Below, one piece after another: positions 17,290 through 26,202 of a stretch of 26,202 nt of DNA; within the stretch, counting starts at the first letter, position 1; each line of letters begins with the position of its first letter. The stretch is from Candidatus Woesearchaeota archaeon. Lineage in GTDB: Archaea > Nanobdellota > Nanobdellia > SCGC-AAA011-G17 > JACPNG01. The DNA lies in NCBI GenBank assembly GCA_016185555.1, contig JACPNI010000066.1:1-26202 (forward strand). The letters are read 5' to 3'. The translations under genes were made by a program, and so were the position numbers. The notes under the pieces are model-generated. The model saw nothing but the letters and a program-made list of their open reading frames with translations, was not told the DNA's origin and did no database searches.

Positions 17290-17787
17290 ATGCAGGTGAC
17301 TTTTAATACTCAAACTGAGGACTTAAACGAACTCTTGGCAATACTTAATATGCTGCAGGAAACGATAAGAAAGAAGCAGCAGATGCAGCCCAATAACCAA
17401 GCAGCAGTTTTACCGGTTGAAAATCAGATTGTTCAAACAAGCCAGATTCCTAAACAGGTTGTTCCTGATTATGGTTTTAATCCTGAAGAAAATCAAGGTG
17501 TTGCAAGTGCTATAAGCAGTTTGGTCCAGGATTTAAATAAAGAGAAGGGGACTTCTCGGCTTGCAGATGAAGGTTTTTTTAGGACACCTACTCCAGTACA
17601 GCCGGTTCAACAGCCGGCTTATCAACAGATTCCAAGTCAACAACTAGCACAGCACGAACCGCCTAAGAAAACTCCAGAAAAAACTGCAGGTGGTGGAAGA
17701 GTAATTCCTTTTGTTGATTTAGGCAATACAATGGGTAAGATTTTTTCATCAGATTATGGCACAAGAAAAGAAGGCAGAAGAATTTGA
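17290..17787 (+). CDS. Hypothetical protein, Q/P-rich (ORF track starts at 17227)
   Basis: ATG at 17290; low-complexity middle; overlaps next gene by 32 nt. Confidence 0.6.
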   Translation: MQVTFNTQTEDLNELLAILNMLQETIRKKQQMQPNNQAAVLPVENQIVQTSQIPKQVVPDYGFNPEENQGVASAISSLVQDLNKEKGTSRLADEGFFRTPTPVQPVQQPAYQQIPSQQLAQHEPPKKTPEKTAGGGRVIPFVDLGNTMGKIFSSDYGTRKEGRRI

Positions 17788-18190
17788 GGATAAGATAACC
17801 CAGTTAGCATTTAAGATTCTAAGTGAAAAGGGTATAGACCACACAGATCTCTCTATGTTTGGTGAGAAAGCAAAAAAGATTTATGATTTATATGGTGATA
17901 AATTTATGAATCAAGAGGGCGTTATTGCCATGACAATTGCAGTCAAGTCCTTTATAAGATCCGGATTTATTGAAAAAGCAAAAAAGAAACTCCTCCTCGA
18001 AGGCGATCGTGCAATTAAAGAGAGAGAATATAATTATGCTCTGCTTTGTTACAGGTTACTTGGGGATGATTCCATAGTAAATTTCTTGCTTTCAAATAAC
18101 TTTAATTCGAAGGATTCCAATATAGATTATAGTAAGGTATACAGCAATATTATTAGTTATATTCAACCGGGGCTTTTTCAGAATTTCTAG
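17756..18190 (+). CDS. Hypothetical helical protein
   Basis: 144-aa ORF; AIKEREYNYALLCY resembles one TPR-like helix. Confidence 0.55.
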   Translation: MAQEKKAEEFEDKITQLAFKILSEKGIDHTDLSMFGEKAKKIYDLYGDKFMNQEGVIAMTIAVKSFIRSGFIEKAKKKLLLEGDRAIKEREYNYALLCYRLLGDDSIVNFLLSNNFNSKDSNIDYSKVYSNIISYIQPGLFQNF

Positions 18191-19629
18191 TCTTTTTCTT
18201 TCTTTTTTATCACACCATCGACTATTTTATGCCCAATATTTTTTAATTGATCTTCAAGATGATCAAAACCATCTCCAATCTTATCTTCAATAACAATCAT
18301 TTTATGCAAAATGCCTGTTGTCGGTTCTATTGCAGTTATTTTAAAAAATAAGTCTCTGTAGCTTATTTCTTCTACATTCCTCATTTCCCTTATCCGCGGA
18401 ATAAAGATTATCGTAGTTAGATATCTCAGCACGCCAGATACTGCAAATACTACCATATATTTTGATTTAAACAGGCTGTCAAATAATCCATAATAATCAA
18501 TTAGCAAACTCCCAAGTGTTGCACCTATTAAAACACCAACGCCATTAAGTAAGGTATAATATGCAAAACATCTTACCCTCTTTTGTGGGGTTGTCGAGTC
18601 AAAAATAAAATTAAAAGATGCTAACTCAAACCCGGCCCATACAAATCCAGAGTATATCTGTATTATAATCAGGTAATAATAGTTGATGCTTACCAACCAT
18701 AGCAGCGGCAATGCAGACATAAGATAACTTGATAATACTAAAGATTTTTTATTGCCATAAACATCAGAGTATCTTCCCCATATTGGCATAAAAATAAATT
18801 TTATCACTACTGGTACTGCCATTAGTATTGTATATTGCAGGTAACTTAAATGCAGTTCATTGAACATGTATGCTGTGAAATAAGGACCGGCAATATTTAC
18901 AGAAAGATACATAAAGGAAAGGAATACAACGAATAGGCCATAGTTGCCTTTAAACAATCTTCTTAAAAATTGCAGAAGTGTAAACCTATCTTCTTCTTTT
19001 TCTAGATATGGGGGGTCGTATTTTTTTGTCACGAAAATGAATGAAATTATCCTGCCAATCATTGCAAGCAGGAATATTATAAAAAAACCAGCATAAGGTT
19101 TTAAGTTGCTTTCAGATAACTCTAATATAATCCCTCCGAGTATAAGTGCTATAAATGCTATAATTCCAGTAATCTTATTTCTCTTGCCAAAATAATCCCC
19201 GCGCCTTTCACTTTCAACAAGATCGCCCATCCAGCTGCTCCACAGTGGGCTTATTAGCATTCCTATTGCTTTGTAAGCAGTTACAAAGAATATCAAATAA
19301 AGTATGCTGTACTTATTGATAAAAAGTGTAAGAATAATGGGTATCCATATTAATGACTGTATAATCGCATTTATTATAACTATTCTTTTCCTGCTCTTGT
19401 ATATCTCAATCAGCTTATTAGATGCAAGCTGAAATATTGATCCAAACAGCTGTGGTATTGAGGTTAAAAGTCCTAATTGGGAGTCTGTCGCTTTAAGGAA
19501 TACTGCAAAAGCAGAGAGATATGACTCACCAAAACCAACAGTTAATGAGTAGAACGACCCATCAAGTATAGAATACCTTAAACTTCTTTCTTTTTTCTCT
19601 TTTTCATTTTTATTATCCATTTTCTTCAA
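18187..19629 (-). CDS. MFS transporter
   Basis: About 12 TM segments; WMGDLVESERRGDYFGKR; WGRYSDVYGNKK loop motif. Confidence 0.93.
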   Translation of the reverse strand: MKKMDNKNEKEKKERSLRYSILDGSFYSLTVGFGESYLSAFAVFLKATDSQLGLLTSIPQLFGSIFQLASNKLIEIYKSRKRIVIINAIIQSLIWIPIILTLFINKYSILYLIFFVTAYKAIGMLISPLWSSWMGDLVESERRGDYFGKRNKITGIIAFIALILGGIILELSESNLKPYAGFFIIFLLAMIGRIISFIFVTKKYDPPYLEKEEDRFTLLQFLRRLFKGNYGLFVVFLSFMYLSVNIAGPYFTAYMFNELHLSYLQYTILMAVPVVIKFIFMPIWGRYSDVYGNKKSLVLSSYLMSALPLLWLVSINYYYLIIIQIYSGFVWAGFELASFNFIFDSTTPQKRVRCFAYYTLLNGVGVLIGATLGSLLIDYYGLFDSLFKSKYMVVFAVSGVLRYLTTIIFIPRIREMRNVEEISYRDLFFKITAIEPTTGILHKMIVIEDKIGDGFDHLEDQLKNIGHKIVDGVIKKKEKD

Positions 19630-19775
19630 AGAATATTTGATTTAATCCATATTATTAAACCTATTTAAAATAGTTAACTGTAAACTATATTTTGGAATGA
19701 TAAATTTTAAAAATCGATATCTTTATAAAGTTATAATTGAATTGCACAGATTTAATGAAATCAGGAGGTATGAAC

Positions 19776-19913
19776 ATGACTGTCTTTGATGTTGGTGAAT
19801 TATTATATTTAGCTGGGGGTGAGGATGACTCTGACTGGGATAATGAGGAAGATGGGCCTGAAGAAGATGAGCAAGAGCCTGAAGAAGAAATGGATGATGA
19901 AGACTGGGATTAA
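19776..19913 (+). CDS. 45-aa highly acidic microprotein (not in ORF track)
   Basis: GGAGG at 19764..19768; MTVFDVGELLYLAGGEDDSDWDNEEDGPEEDEQEPEEEMDDEDWD. Confidence 0.75.
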   Translation: MTVFDVGELLYLAGGEDDSDWDNEEDGPEEDEQEPEEEMDDEDWD

Positions 19914-19951
19914 ACCCAATCTTTTTAAATTCTTTATAGGATACTTATTTA

Positions 19952-20413
19952 ATGCAAAAACTAGTTTCTAAAGATACACCATTAGCCGAGATAACCCTAA
20001 GACGATATGAGACACCTTCTAATATCAAAGAGAGGGAACTTATAAAAAAACTATGCCTTAGTATTGGTTTATTGCAACCGGGAGATTCCAGGGATATTAT
20101 TGTAGATGTACTGCTTGTTCTTCTTTATGCAAAAAAAGAAAAGAAAGAGCTTAGCTCAGAAGAGATACAAGGAATGGTTATTGATTTAAGAAAAAAAGAT
20201 AATATGCAATTAAAAGGAATTGCAGGGTCAAATATAAGAAGACAACTTAAAAGACTTAAGGATTTGTTCTTGGTGGAAAATATAAAAAACAATTACAGGA
20301 TTACAGAGTTTGATGATATTGATGTTATATTTGAAAAAAGAATTGAGAAGTTTTATATAAACTCCATATTGGAAAGGGTTAGAGAATATTTTAAGGTTGT
20401 AAGCGGGAAATGA
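19952..20413 (+). CDS. Conserved hypothetical protein, probable winged-helix DNA-binding fold
   Basis: EITLRRYE, GLLQPGDSRD, SNIRRQLKRLKDLFLVE helix-wing pattern. Confidence 0.65.
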   Translation: MQKLVSKDTPLAEITLRRYETPSNIKERELIKKLCLSIGLLQPGDSRDIIVDVLLVLLYAKKEKKELSSEEIQGMVIDLRKKDNMQLKGIAGSNIRRQLKRLKDLFLVENIKNNYRITEFDDIDVIFEKRIEKFYINSILERVREYFKVVSGK

Positions 20414-20937
20414 TATACGAACCTCGAGAAGATTCTTATTTGCTATTAAAGTATGTTAAGAAATATTCATTTGGAAAGGTTTTAGATGTTGGAACAGGTT
20501 CTGGAATATTAGCTGAAGAAGCGTTGAAATCTAAAAGAGTTAGTTCGGTTTTTGCTGTTGATATAAGCAAAGAAGCTGTTGATCATGTTAGTTCAAAAGG
20601 CATTAATGCTAAAGTATCTGATTTATTTTCTAATGTTAGAGGAAAATTTGATACAATAATATTTAATCCACCATATCTTCCTTTAGATGAAAATGAGGAT
20701 AAAGAGAGCAGTACGATTACTACTGGGGGTAAAAGTGGTTATGAATTGATTGAAAAATTCTTCAAGAGAGTTAAAAATCATTTGAATGAAAATGGTTTGG
20801 TTTTAATTGTGTTTAGCTCTTTAACCAATAAAAGAAAAGTTCTCGATATCATGGAAAAAAGCGGATTTAAATTTAAATTGATAGGAAAGAAAAAAATTCC
20901 ATTTGAATGGTTATATGCCTATTCTGGAAGTTTGTAG
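20410..20937 (+). CDS. HemK/PrmC-related SAM methyltransferase
   Basis: IYEPREDSYLL, LDVGTGSG, FNPPYLP, GGKSG. Confidence 0.93.
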   Translation: MIYEPREDSYLLLKYVKKYSFGKVLDVGTGSGILAEEALKSKRVSSVFAVDISKEAVDHVSSKGINAKVSDLFSNVRGKFDTIIFNPPYLPLDENEDKESSTITTGGKSGYELIEKFFKRVKNHLNENGLVLIVFSSLTNKRKVLDIMEKSGFKFKLIGKKKIPFEWLYAYSGSL

Positions 20938-21428
20938 TTTTTTGGTAATTTAAATGTATTATTATTAAATACTAAATGCAAATCATGATAATATACTTTC
21001 CCATTTTCATCCATACCATAGTTCCATTTACAGCTTACATCAACAAATAACATGTTATCTATGCTATATTTCTCAAAAATTTTGTCAAATCTTTCTTTGT
21101 TCTTTTCTAAGTCTTCATAAGAGATAGGTGTTTTAAGAAATGGCATTAAGGCTATTATGGTTGGTTTACCGTTACTTTCTGGGCACATTAAAATTCTAGT
21201 TTCTGGTGGGTATAGTTCGTCTTTTACAAGTGCTTTGTAAAATTTAGCATGTTTGAATGCCTCCGCAAATGAATCAAATTTAAATGACGAAATTATATCT
21301 GAAGGTCTTTTGGCAAAAGAATATTTTTGTGAGTTAATTCTCCAAACTTCTCTTCGAACATTATCAGTTATTTTATCTGACAGTATTGGAATGCCATCCG
21401 TCATATATAATAATTCTTTTGGGATCAT
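20919..21428 (-). CDS. Hypothetical protein
   Basis: 169-aa ORF overlapping both neighbours; weak kinase-like C-terminal pattern. Confidence 0.55.
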   Translation of the reverse strand: MIPKELLYMTDGIPILSDKITDNVRREVWRINSQKYSFAKRPSDIISSFKFDSFAEAFKHAKFYKALVKDELYPPETRILMCPESNGKPTIIALMPFLKTPISYEDLEKNKERFDKIFEKYSIDNMLFVDVSCKWNYGMDENGKVYYHDLHLVFNNNTFKLPKNYKLPE

Positions 21429-21841
21429 ATTATCACCATAATTATCCCTATCAGTGCTATTACCATGCCAATTAATTTAGTTATTGTAATTTCAGATTTA
21501 AACAAAAAGTAAGATCCAACAGTAACCAGAATTACATTTGTTGAGCTTATCACTAAAGTATACCCAGGATTTTTCGCTAGCAGCATTGACTTTGTTAGGA
21601 ATAGATTGCCTAGAAAACTAAATATGCCAACAAGCATCAAAAGTAATAGGATATTTTTTTCTGCAACCAAGAAATTGTTTTTAGTTATTATATTATAAAC
21701 GATGAATAGGATACTGGCAACTATAAATAAATAAACGAGTATGGTATTTGGCTTTATATCAATAGTTCCAAGTTTTTTTATTGCCAAAAACATGCCGCTT
21801 AATGATAATGTTCCGAGGACAGCATACAGCAACCAATTCAT
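21425..21841 (-). CDS. EamA/DMT family transporter (single repeat)
   Basis: 5 TM segments; NPGY...STNVILVTVGSYFLFK..ITITKLIG. Confidence 0.88.
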   Translation of the reverse strand: MNWLLYAVLGTLSLSGMFLAIKKLGTIDIKPNTILVYLFIVASILFIVYNIITKNNFLVAEKNILLLLMLVGIFSFLGNLFLTKSMLLAKNPGYTLVISSTNVILVTVGSYFLFKSEITITKLIGMVIALIGIIMVII

Positions 21842-21863
21842 AATATTTTAAGAAATAGATAGG

Positions 21864-21871
21864 TTTATAAA
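21864..21871. promoter_or_regulatory. Palindromic TATA box between divergent eamA and rpl1
   Basis: TTTATAAA; GGAGG before rpl1 ATG. Confidence 0.5.
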
Positions 21872-21926
21872 TCATATATGTATAGAACCTTTAACCCGGT
21901 TGTACTACTTAATGTAGGAGGGATAA

Positions 21927-22574
21927 ATGAATAAAGAAAACATATCAAAGATCATAAAAAAGCTTAGAGAAAGCAAGAATAAAAGAAGATTTAAACAAGG
22001 TTTTGATGTTATTGTTAATCTCAAGCAAATTGATCTTAAAAAGCCAGATCAAAAAGTTGAAACTTTCTTAGTTCTTCCAAATGGCAATGGCAAAAAATTA
22101 AAAGTATGTGCTTTTGTTGACAAGGAATTGATCAATGATGCAAAGGCTATTTTTGATAGGACAATCCCAAAAGAAGATTTTCCTAAAATACCTAAAAAAG
22201 AACTTAAGAATATTGCAAGAGAGTTTGATTTCTTTGTAGCGCAGGCAAACTGCATGGTTGATATTGCTAAGGTTTTTGGTAGGGCACTTGGTAGTAAGGG
22301 TAAAATGCCAAATCCTAAGGCCGGTTGTGTTATTACACCAGGGACTAATTTGAAGGATTTATATAATAAATTACAAAAAACAATAAAAGTTGTAACAAGA
22401 AGTGAGCCTATAATAAAAGTTCTTGTTGGGAAGGAAGATATGGATGACAAGAAAATTGAAGAAAATATAGCTATAGTTTATAACACATTATTACAGGTAT
22501 TGCCACAGGAAAAAAATAACATAAAAAATGTATTGTTAAAACTAACAATGGGTGCACCATTACCAATTGATTAA
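21927..22574 (+). CDS. rpl1: 50S ribosomal protein L1
   Basis: RRFKQGFDVIVNLK, FGRALG..GKMPNPK, KLTMG. Confidence 0.97.
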   Translation: MNKENISKIIKKLRESKNKRRFKQGFDVIVNLKQIDLKKPDQKVETFLVLPNGNGKKLKVCAFVDKELINDAKAIFDRTIPKEDFPKIPKKELKNIAREFDFFVAQANCMVDIAKVFGRALGSKGKMPNPKAGCVITPGTNLKDLYNKLQKTIKVVTRSEPIIKVLVGKEDMDDKKIEENIAIVYNTLLQVLPQEKNNIKNVLLKLTMGAPLPID

Positions 22575-22575
22575 A

Positions 22576-23429
22576 ATGAAAGCTAATAAAATCCCAGAAG
22601 AGAAAAAAATGAAGTAAAGGATATTAAGAGACTCATTAAGGAATATCCAATCATTGGTTTGGTCAATATGGAAAATCTTCCAGCCAAACAGCTCCAGAGA
22701 ATGAAAAAACAGTTAAGGGGTGTAATTGTTCTTAAGATAACAAAGAAAAGGCTGATAAAGATAGCTTTTAATGAGCTTAAGGAATCTATCCCGGGATTAA
22801 CTGAAGTAGAAAAAAATCTTTCTGGTATGCCTGCTTTGATATTTACAAGAGAAAACCCATTTAAGCTATTTAAGGCACTTTCAAAAAATAAATCAAATGC
22901 ACCAGCCAAGCCGGGGCAGATTGCACCGCATGATCTTTTCTTGAGTGCAGGGCCTACACCATTTACTCCAGGTCCGGTTATTGGTGAGCTTGGGCAGTTA
23001 GGAATAAAGACAGAGGTTAGGGAAGGCAAGGTTGCCATAAAAGAAGATAAACTAATTGTCGGAGGCGGGGAAAAAATAACGCAGAAGGTTGCAGACCTTC
23101 TTACTAAATTTGGGATGGAGCCTATGGAAATATCCTTAAATCTCGTCCTGGCTTTTGAAAATGGGGTTATATTCACTAAGGATGTATTATCTGTTGATGA
23201 AAAGGTCTATATTGATGAAATCAGGAAGATACATGCACAGGCAATGCACCTGGCTGTTGAGATTGGTTATGCAGATAAGGCAACTATCACATTACTGTTG
23301 AGTAAGGCTTATAAAGCAGCATCAAGCTTAGCAGATAACCTTGGTATAATAACTGATGAAAATGTTGGGAAAATTCTTGGCAAAGCTGAGGATCAGGCCA
23401 GGCATTTAAAAGAAAAATTAAAATTATAA
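22576..23429 (+). CDS. rpl10: 50S ribosomal protein L10 (P0), with apparent -1 frameshift in the A7 run at 22603..22609
   Basis: ATG at 22576 reads [11 protein letters not shown] then stops; one extra A continues [25 protein letters not shown] into [18 protein letters not shown]. Confidence 0.88.
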
Positions 23430-23445
23430 TTGGGAGGTATTGAAG

Positions 23446-23757
23446 ATGGAGTGCGTTTATGCAAGTATGCTTTTACACAAAGCAGGTAAGGAAGTTAACG
23501 AGGCTAATCTTAAGAAGGTATTAGAAGCTGCAGGAGCAAAAGTGGATGAAGCTCAGATCAAGTCAATAGTCGCATCTTTGGATGGTGTTGATATTGATAA
23601 GGTTATAAAAGAAGCAAGTGTTGTTCCAGTAGCTGCAGCACCAGTAGCAGCAGCTCCAGTAGCCCCAGATCACGGCAAATCTGAAGCAAAGAAAAAGGAA
23701 GAAGAAGAAAAAAAAGCTGAAGAGGCTGCAGCAGGTTTAAGCAGCTTATTTGGCTAA
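23446..23757 (+). CDS. rpl12: 50S ribosomal protein L12 (P1)
   Basis: [11 protein letters not shown], Ala-rich hinge, [13 protein letters not shown]-terminus; GGAGG upstream. Confidence 0.97.
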   Translation: MECVYASMLLHKAGKEVNEANLKKVLEAAGAKVDEAQIKSIVASLDGVDIDKVIKEASVVPVAAAPVAAAPVAPDHGKSEAKKKEEEEKKAEEAAAGLSSLFG

Positions 23758-23760
23758 GCC

Positions 23761-23779
23761 TGTTTTCTCTTCTTTTTTT
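23761..23779 (+). terminator. Oligo-pyrimidine terminator after rpl12
   Basis: TGTTTTCTCTTCTTTTTTT directly after the stop. Confidence 0.45.
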
Positions 23780-23800
23780 CCTTAAATTTCGTGAGGTATC

Positions 23801-24688
23801 ATGTTAAGCAGAGAAGAGAAAAATGCAATTGTAAACAAGATTAAAACTCTTAAAGAAGAAGTAGTTAATATTAAAAAGGAGCTTAATGCTGTTAATGATT
23901 TAAAGGAAAATTCTTTCAGAAAACACAAAGGCTTCAGAGACAATCTTTTAGAATCCATTAAGAAGATTAAGGAATTAAAATCCAAGAATGATGGATTCAA
24001 TTCTGAGGTTGAGAATCTTAAAAAAGAAAGGGACAGGCATAATGCATTAGTTAAAGAGTTCATCACCAAAATTAAGGATCTTGATCGGCAAAAAGAGGAT
24101 GTGCTGGTTAAAAACAATATAAAAATACCCCCGTCCAGATTAAAAGAGGATATTGAAAGACTTGAAAGTTCTATAGAAACTGAGGCTTACAGTTTTGACA
24201 AAGAGCTTAAAGTTATGAAAAGAATAAAAGAGCTTAAGAGCCTTTACAATAAGACTTCTGTATTAAATGATATTCTTGAAGAAATGGATAAAACTTCCAG
24301 GATGATTAATGAAAACCGTTCTGTTGCTGATGACCATCATAAAAAAATTATTCAGCTGATAAATGAAAATAAAAAAAGCTTTGATGATTTTATAGGGCTT
24401 TCAAGAGAGATAGAGCTGTTAAAACAACAGCAAAACTCGGCCTTTGAGGAGTTTAAAAATCAAAAAAGCAAATTCATCGAGATAAATAACAGGCTAAAAG
24501 AAAAGCTTTTGGATATCAGTGTATTTCAGAGTAAGATTAATGAGGTTTATAATGAGATGGACTTTAACAGGAAAGAGAAACAAGAGTCAATTATAAAAGA
24601 AAGGGCAAAACATGTTGAAGAAAAGATAAGCAAGAGGCAAAAGCTAACAACTGAAGATTTAATTTTTTTTCAAGGATCTAGCTCTTGA
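23801..24688 (+). CDS. Archaeal coiled-coil protein
   Basis: Heptad K/E-rich sequence, RDRHN, IETEAYSFDKE..MKRIKEL, KLTTEDL. Confidence 0.8.
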   Translation: MLSREEKNAIVNKIKTLKEEVVNIKKELNAVNDLKENSFRKHKGFRDNLLESIKKIKELKSKNDGFNSEVENLKKERDRHNALVKEFITKIKDLDRQKEDVLVKNNIKIPPSRLKEDIERLESSIETEAYSFDKELKVMKRIKELKSLYNKTSVLNDILEEMDKTSRMINENRSVADDHHKKIIQLINENKKSFDDFIGLSREIELLKQQQNSAFEEFKNQKSKFIEINNRLKEKLLDISVFQSKINEVYNEMDFNRKEKQESIIKERAKHVEEKISKRQKLTTEDLIFFQGSSS

Positions 24689-25161
24689 TTTCTTTCATCA
24701 AAAATTTAAAGTCGCTGTATACTGGGATGTTTTTTATCTTAAACTTATGGCATAAGAAAATCCATATCAGGACTACAGCAATGCTCGATAAAAATTTCCA
24801 AAAGAATAAATGAAGGTTATTAAACCAGTTAATGCCATATTCTAAAAATATAAAAATAAGAATATCAATCCTTATAATATTCAATAAAAGTATAAGCAAT
24901 ATCCCTGAAAATGCTATCTTCAAGAGATTTCTAAACTTTATATCTTTTGTTAGAAGAAGCGGCCATTGTGAACCTTAACAAATTAATGTTTATCATAAGG
25001 TAATCGTATCCTATTTGGATATTGTTGTACTTAACTGTCAATGGAAGATATGAAAAGTACAATGTTGGCTGAAGCAGTAGCCAGTAAAATATATTAAACG
25101 GTATGCTCAGCAAAATAATTGCAGTCAAAAGCCTTAGAATGAGCCTATATTTGTACTCCAT
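24678..25161 (-). pseudogene. Archaeosortase/exosortase-family protein (pacearchaeosortase-like), frameshifted near 24959..24973
   Basis: Hydrophobic; LNIIRI (catalytic Arg) and LHLFFW (His) in the second frame; no catalytic Cys between the two parts. Confidence 0.7.
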
Positions 25162-25197
25162 AATTTTTATATAACTGCTAACTATATAAATCTTTTA

Positions 25198-25746
25198 ATG
25201 AAACCCAAAATCTACCTGGTTTTTTTAATAAGCCTGATTATTTCATTTTTATTAGACAAAAGGATCATTTATTTTTTAATTTCATTAAGAAATCCAGTAT
25301 TGGACAAATTAATGGTTTATTCAACTTATCTTGGGAATGTTATAATGGTTTCAGCAATATTAGTTGTTTTTTTTTACCTTAAAAAGTCAAAAAAGATTAT
25401 TGTTCCTTTTCTTTTTACAATAGTCCTTGCATCGGGGATAACACAGTTAATAAAATTTGTAACGCATATCCCAAGGCCATATTTGGGATTAGGTCTTCCA
25501 AGGCTGATAACAGAGTCTGGTTATTCTTTTCCAAGTGGCCATGCAATGGCACTTTCTATCGGCTATGTTTTCCTAAAAGAATCAGATTCAAAGTTTGCAG
25601 TTTATTGGCTTATTATATCAGCATTCCTGTTATTTGGTAGGGTATATACTGGCATACATTACTTAAGTGATATAATCGGAGGAATAATTATTGGTTATTT
25701 CATAAGCTATTTCTTTATCAGTCAGCAAAAGAAAAAAGAAAAATAA
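25198..25746 (+). CDS. PAP2 family phosphatase
   Basis: KFVTHIPRP, SFPSGHA, GRVYTGIHYLSDI. Confidence 0.95.
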   Translation: MKPKIYLVFLISLIISFLLDKRIIYFLISLRNPVLDKLMVYSTYLGNVIMVSAILVVFFYLKKSKKIIVPFLFTIVLASGITQLIKFVTHIPRPYLGLGLPRLITESGYSFPSGHAMALSIGYVFLKESDSKFAVYWLIISAFLLFGRVYTGIHYLSDIIGGIIIGYFISYFFISQQKKKEK

Positions 25747-25872
25747 TTACCCCAAGAATTTTAATTTTGTAAATTCCTCTAATTTCTCCTGTCTTTGGTT
25801 ATGACAAATCGGGCACTTATCCCCTTTGTCAAAGAAACTACCACAGTTTTTACACTTTACTCTACTATCCAT
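25747..25872 (-). CDS. 41-aa zinc-finger microprotein (not in ORF track)
   Basis: MDSRVKCKNCGSFFDKGDKCPICHNQRQEKLEEFTKLKFLG; GGTGA Shine-Dalgarno upstream; stop abuts PAP2 stop. Confidence 0.7.
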   Translation of the reverse strand: MDSRVKCKNCGSFFDKGDKCPICHNQRQEKLEEFTKLKFLG

Positions 25873-26093
25873 TATACATCACCCCTTTAATCCCCAGCAG
25901 TGTTCAAAGAACAATAATTAAAGTTAATTTGATTTCGTCCTTTATATAGGTTTATTCAGGGTAATATAATCAATGCACCAATATTTTTAGAATATATCTA
26001 TTGCTTCAGAGAAATATATATAAGCGTATCAATCGAAAGGTTTATAAATCATTTTATTACTTATAAATAATAACATAGGTGATAGGACTTTGA

Positions 26094-26202
26094 ATGGTAC
26101 TAAAGAAATTATGCTTAATGGTCGTAGTGGTTCTTTTGTTTTTACCTATTGTAAGTGCTTTTGAGGTAATTGATTACTCCAGGGATAATCCTTTGGAAGT
26201 GA
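26094..26202 (+). CDS. Secreted protein, 3'-truncated by window edge
   Basis: MVLKKLCLMVVVVLLFLPIVSA-FEV signal peptide; GGTGA upstream; TTTATAAA at 26041..26048. Confidence 0.7.
   Translation, partial: MVLKKLCLMVVVVLLFLPIVSAFEVIDYSRDNPLEV

Noticed and set aside
21880-21990. L1 autoregulatory mRNA site
   Set aside because: Only weak 4-bp hairpins found; no convincing match to the 23S L1-binding structure
1255-24117. Antisense or overlapping ORFs in the track (e.g. 1255..1611, 2861..3118, 5980..6276, 11027..11419, 22049..22450, 22583..23176, 23782..24117)
   Set aside because: Shadows of well-supported genes on the other strand or frame, with no motifs of their own
1-26202. CRISPR array, rRNA, transposase or prophage genes
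   Set aside because: No periodic repeat-spacer pattern, rRNA-like stretch or recognisable mobile-element protein

Overview
AT-rich archaeal housekeeping region, most like a DPANN Woesearchaeota/Nanoarchaeota-type genome (S17e, Alba, L1-L10-L12, GlyRS, Dph2, ZPR1, archaeosortase, three tRNAs). The main result is a probable spliced protein-coding gene. The Alba gene (5866..6214, +) is interrupted inside its conserved KPFM-N-YV motif by a 31-nt element (5949..5979) that carries an in-frame stop and folds with the spacing of an archaeal bulge-helix-bulge (BHB) intron. Removing it restores a complete 105-aa Alba. Two nearby tRNA-Ala genes each carry two short BHB-type introns (D-loop plus T-loop; D-loop plus anticodon loop), and all five introns share the same spacing and an A-purine|U 3' junction. 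This suggests the tRNA splicing machinery also processes mRNA here; that step is inference and needs RNA evidence. Three other genes are frame-disrupted (Trm11-like and archaeosortase by apparent internal deletions, L10 by a one-base slip in an A7 run) and may be assembly errors. Other points of interest are an ITPase-MazG fusion, a Cys-rich secreted protein with an internal duplication, an N-terminally short Dph2, a stand-alone CARF-like protein and two microproteins missed by the ORF track. No CRISPR array, rRNA or mobile element was seen.
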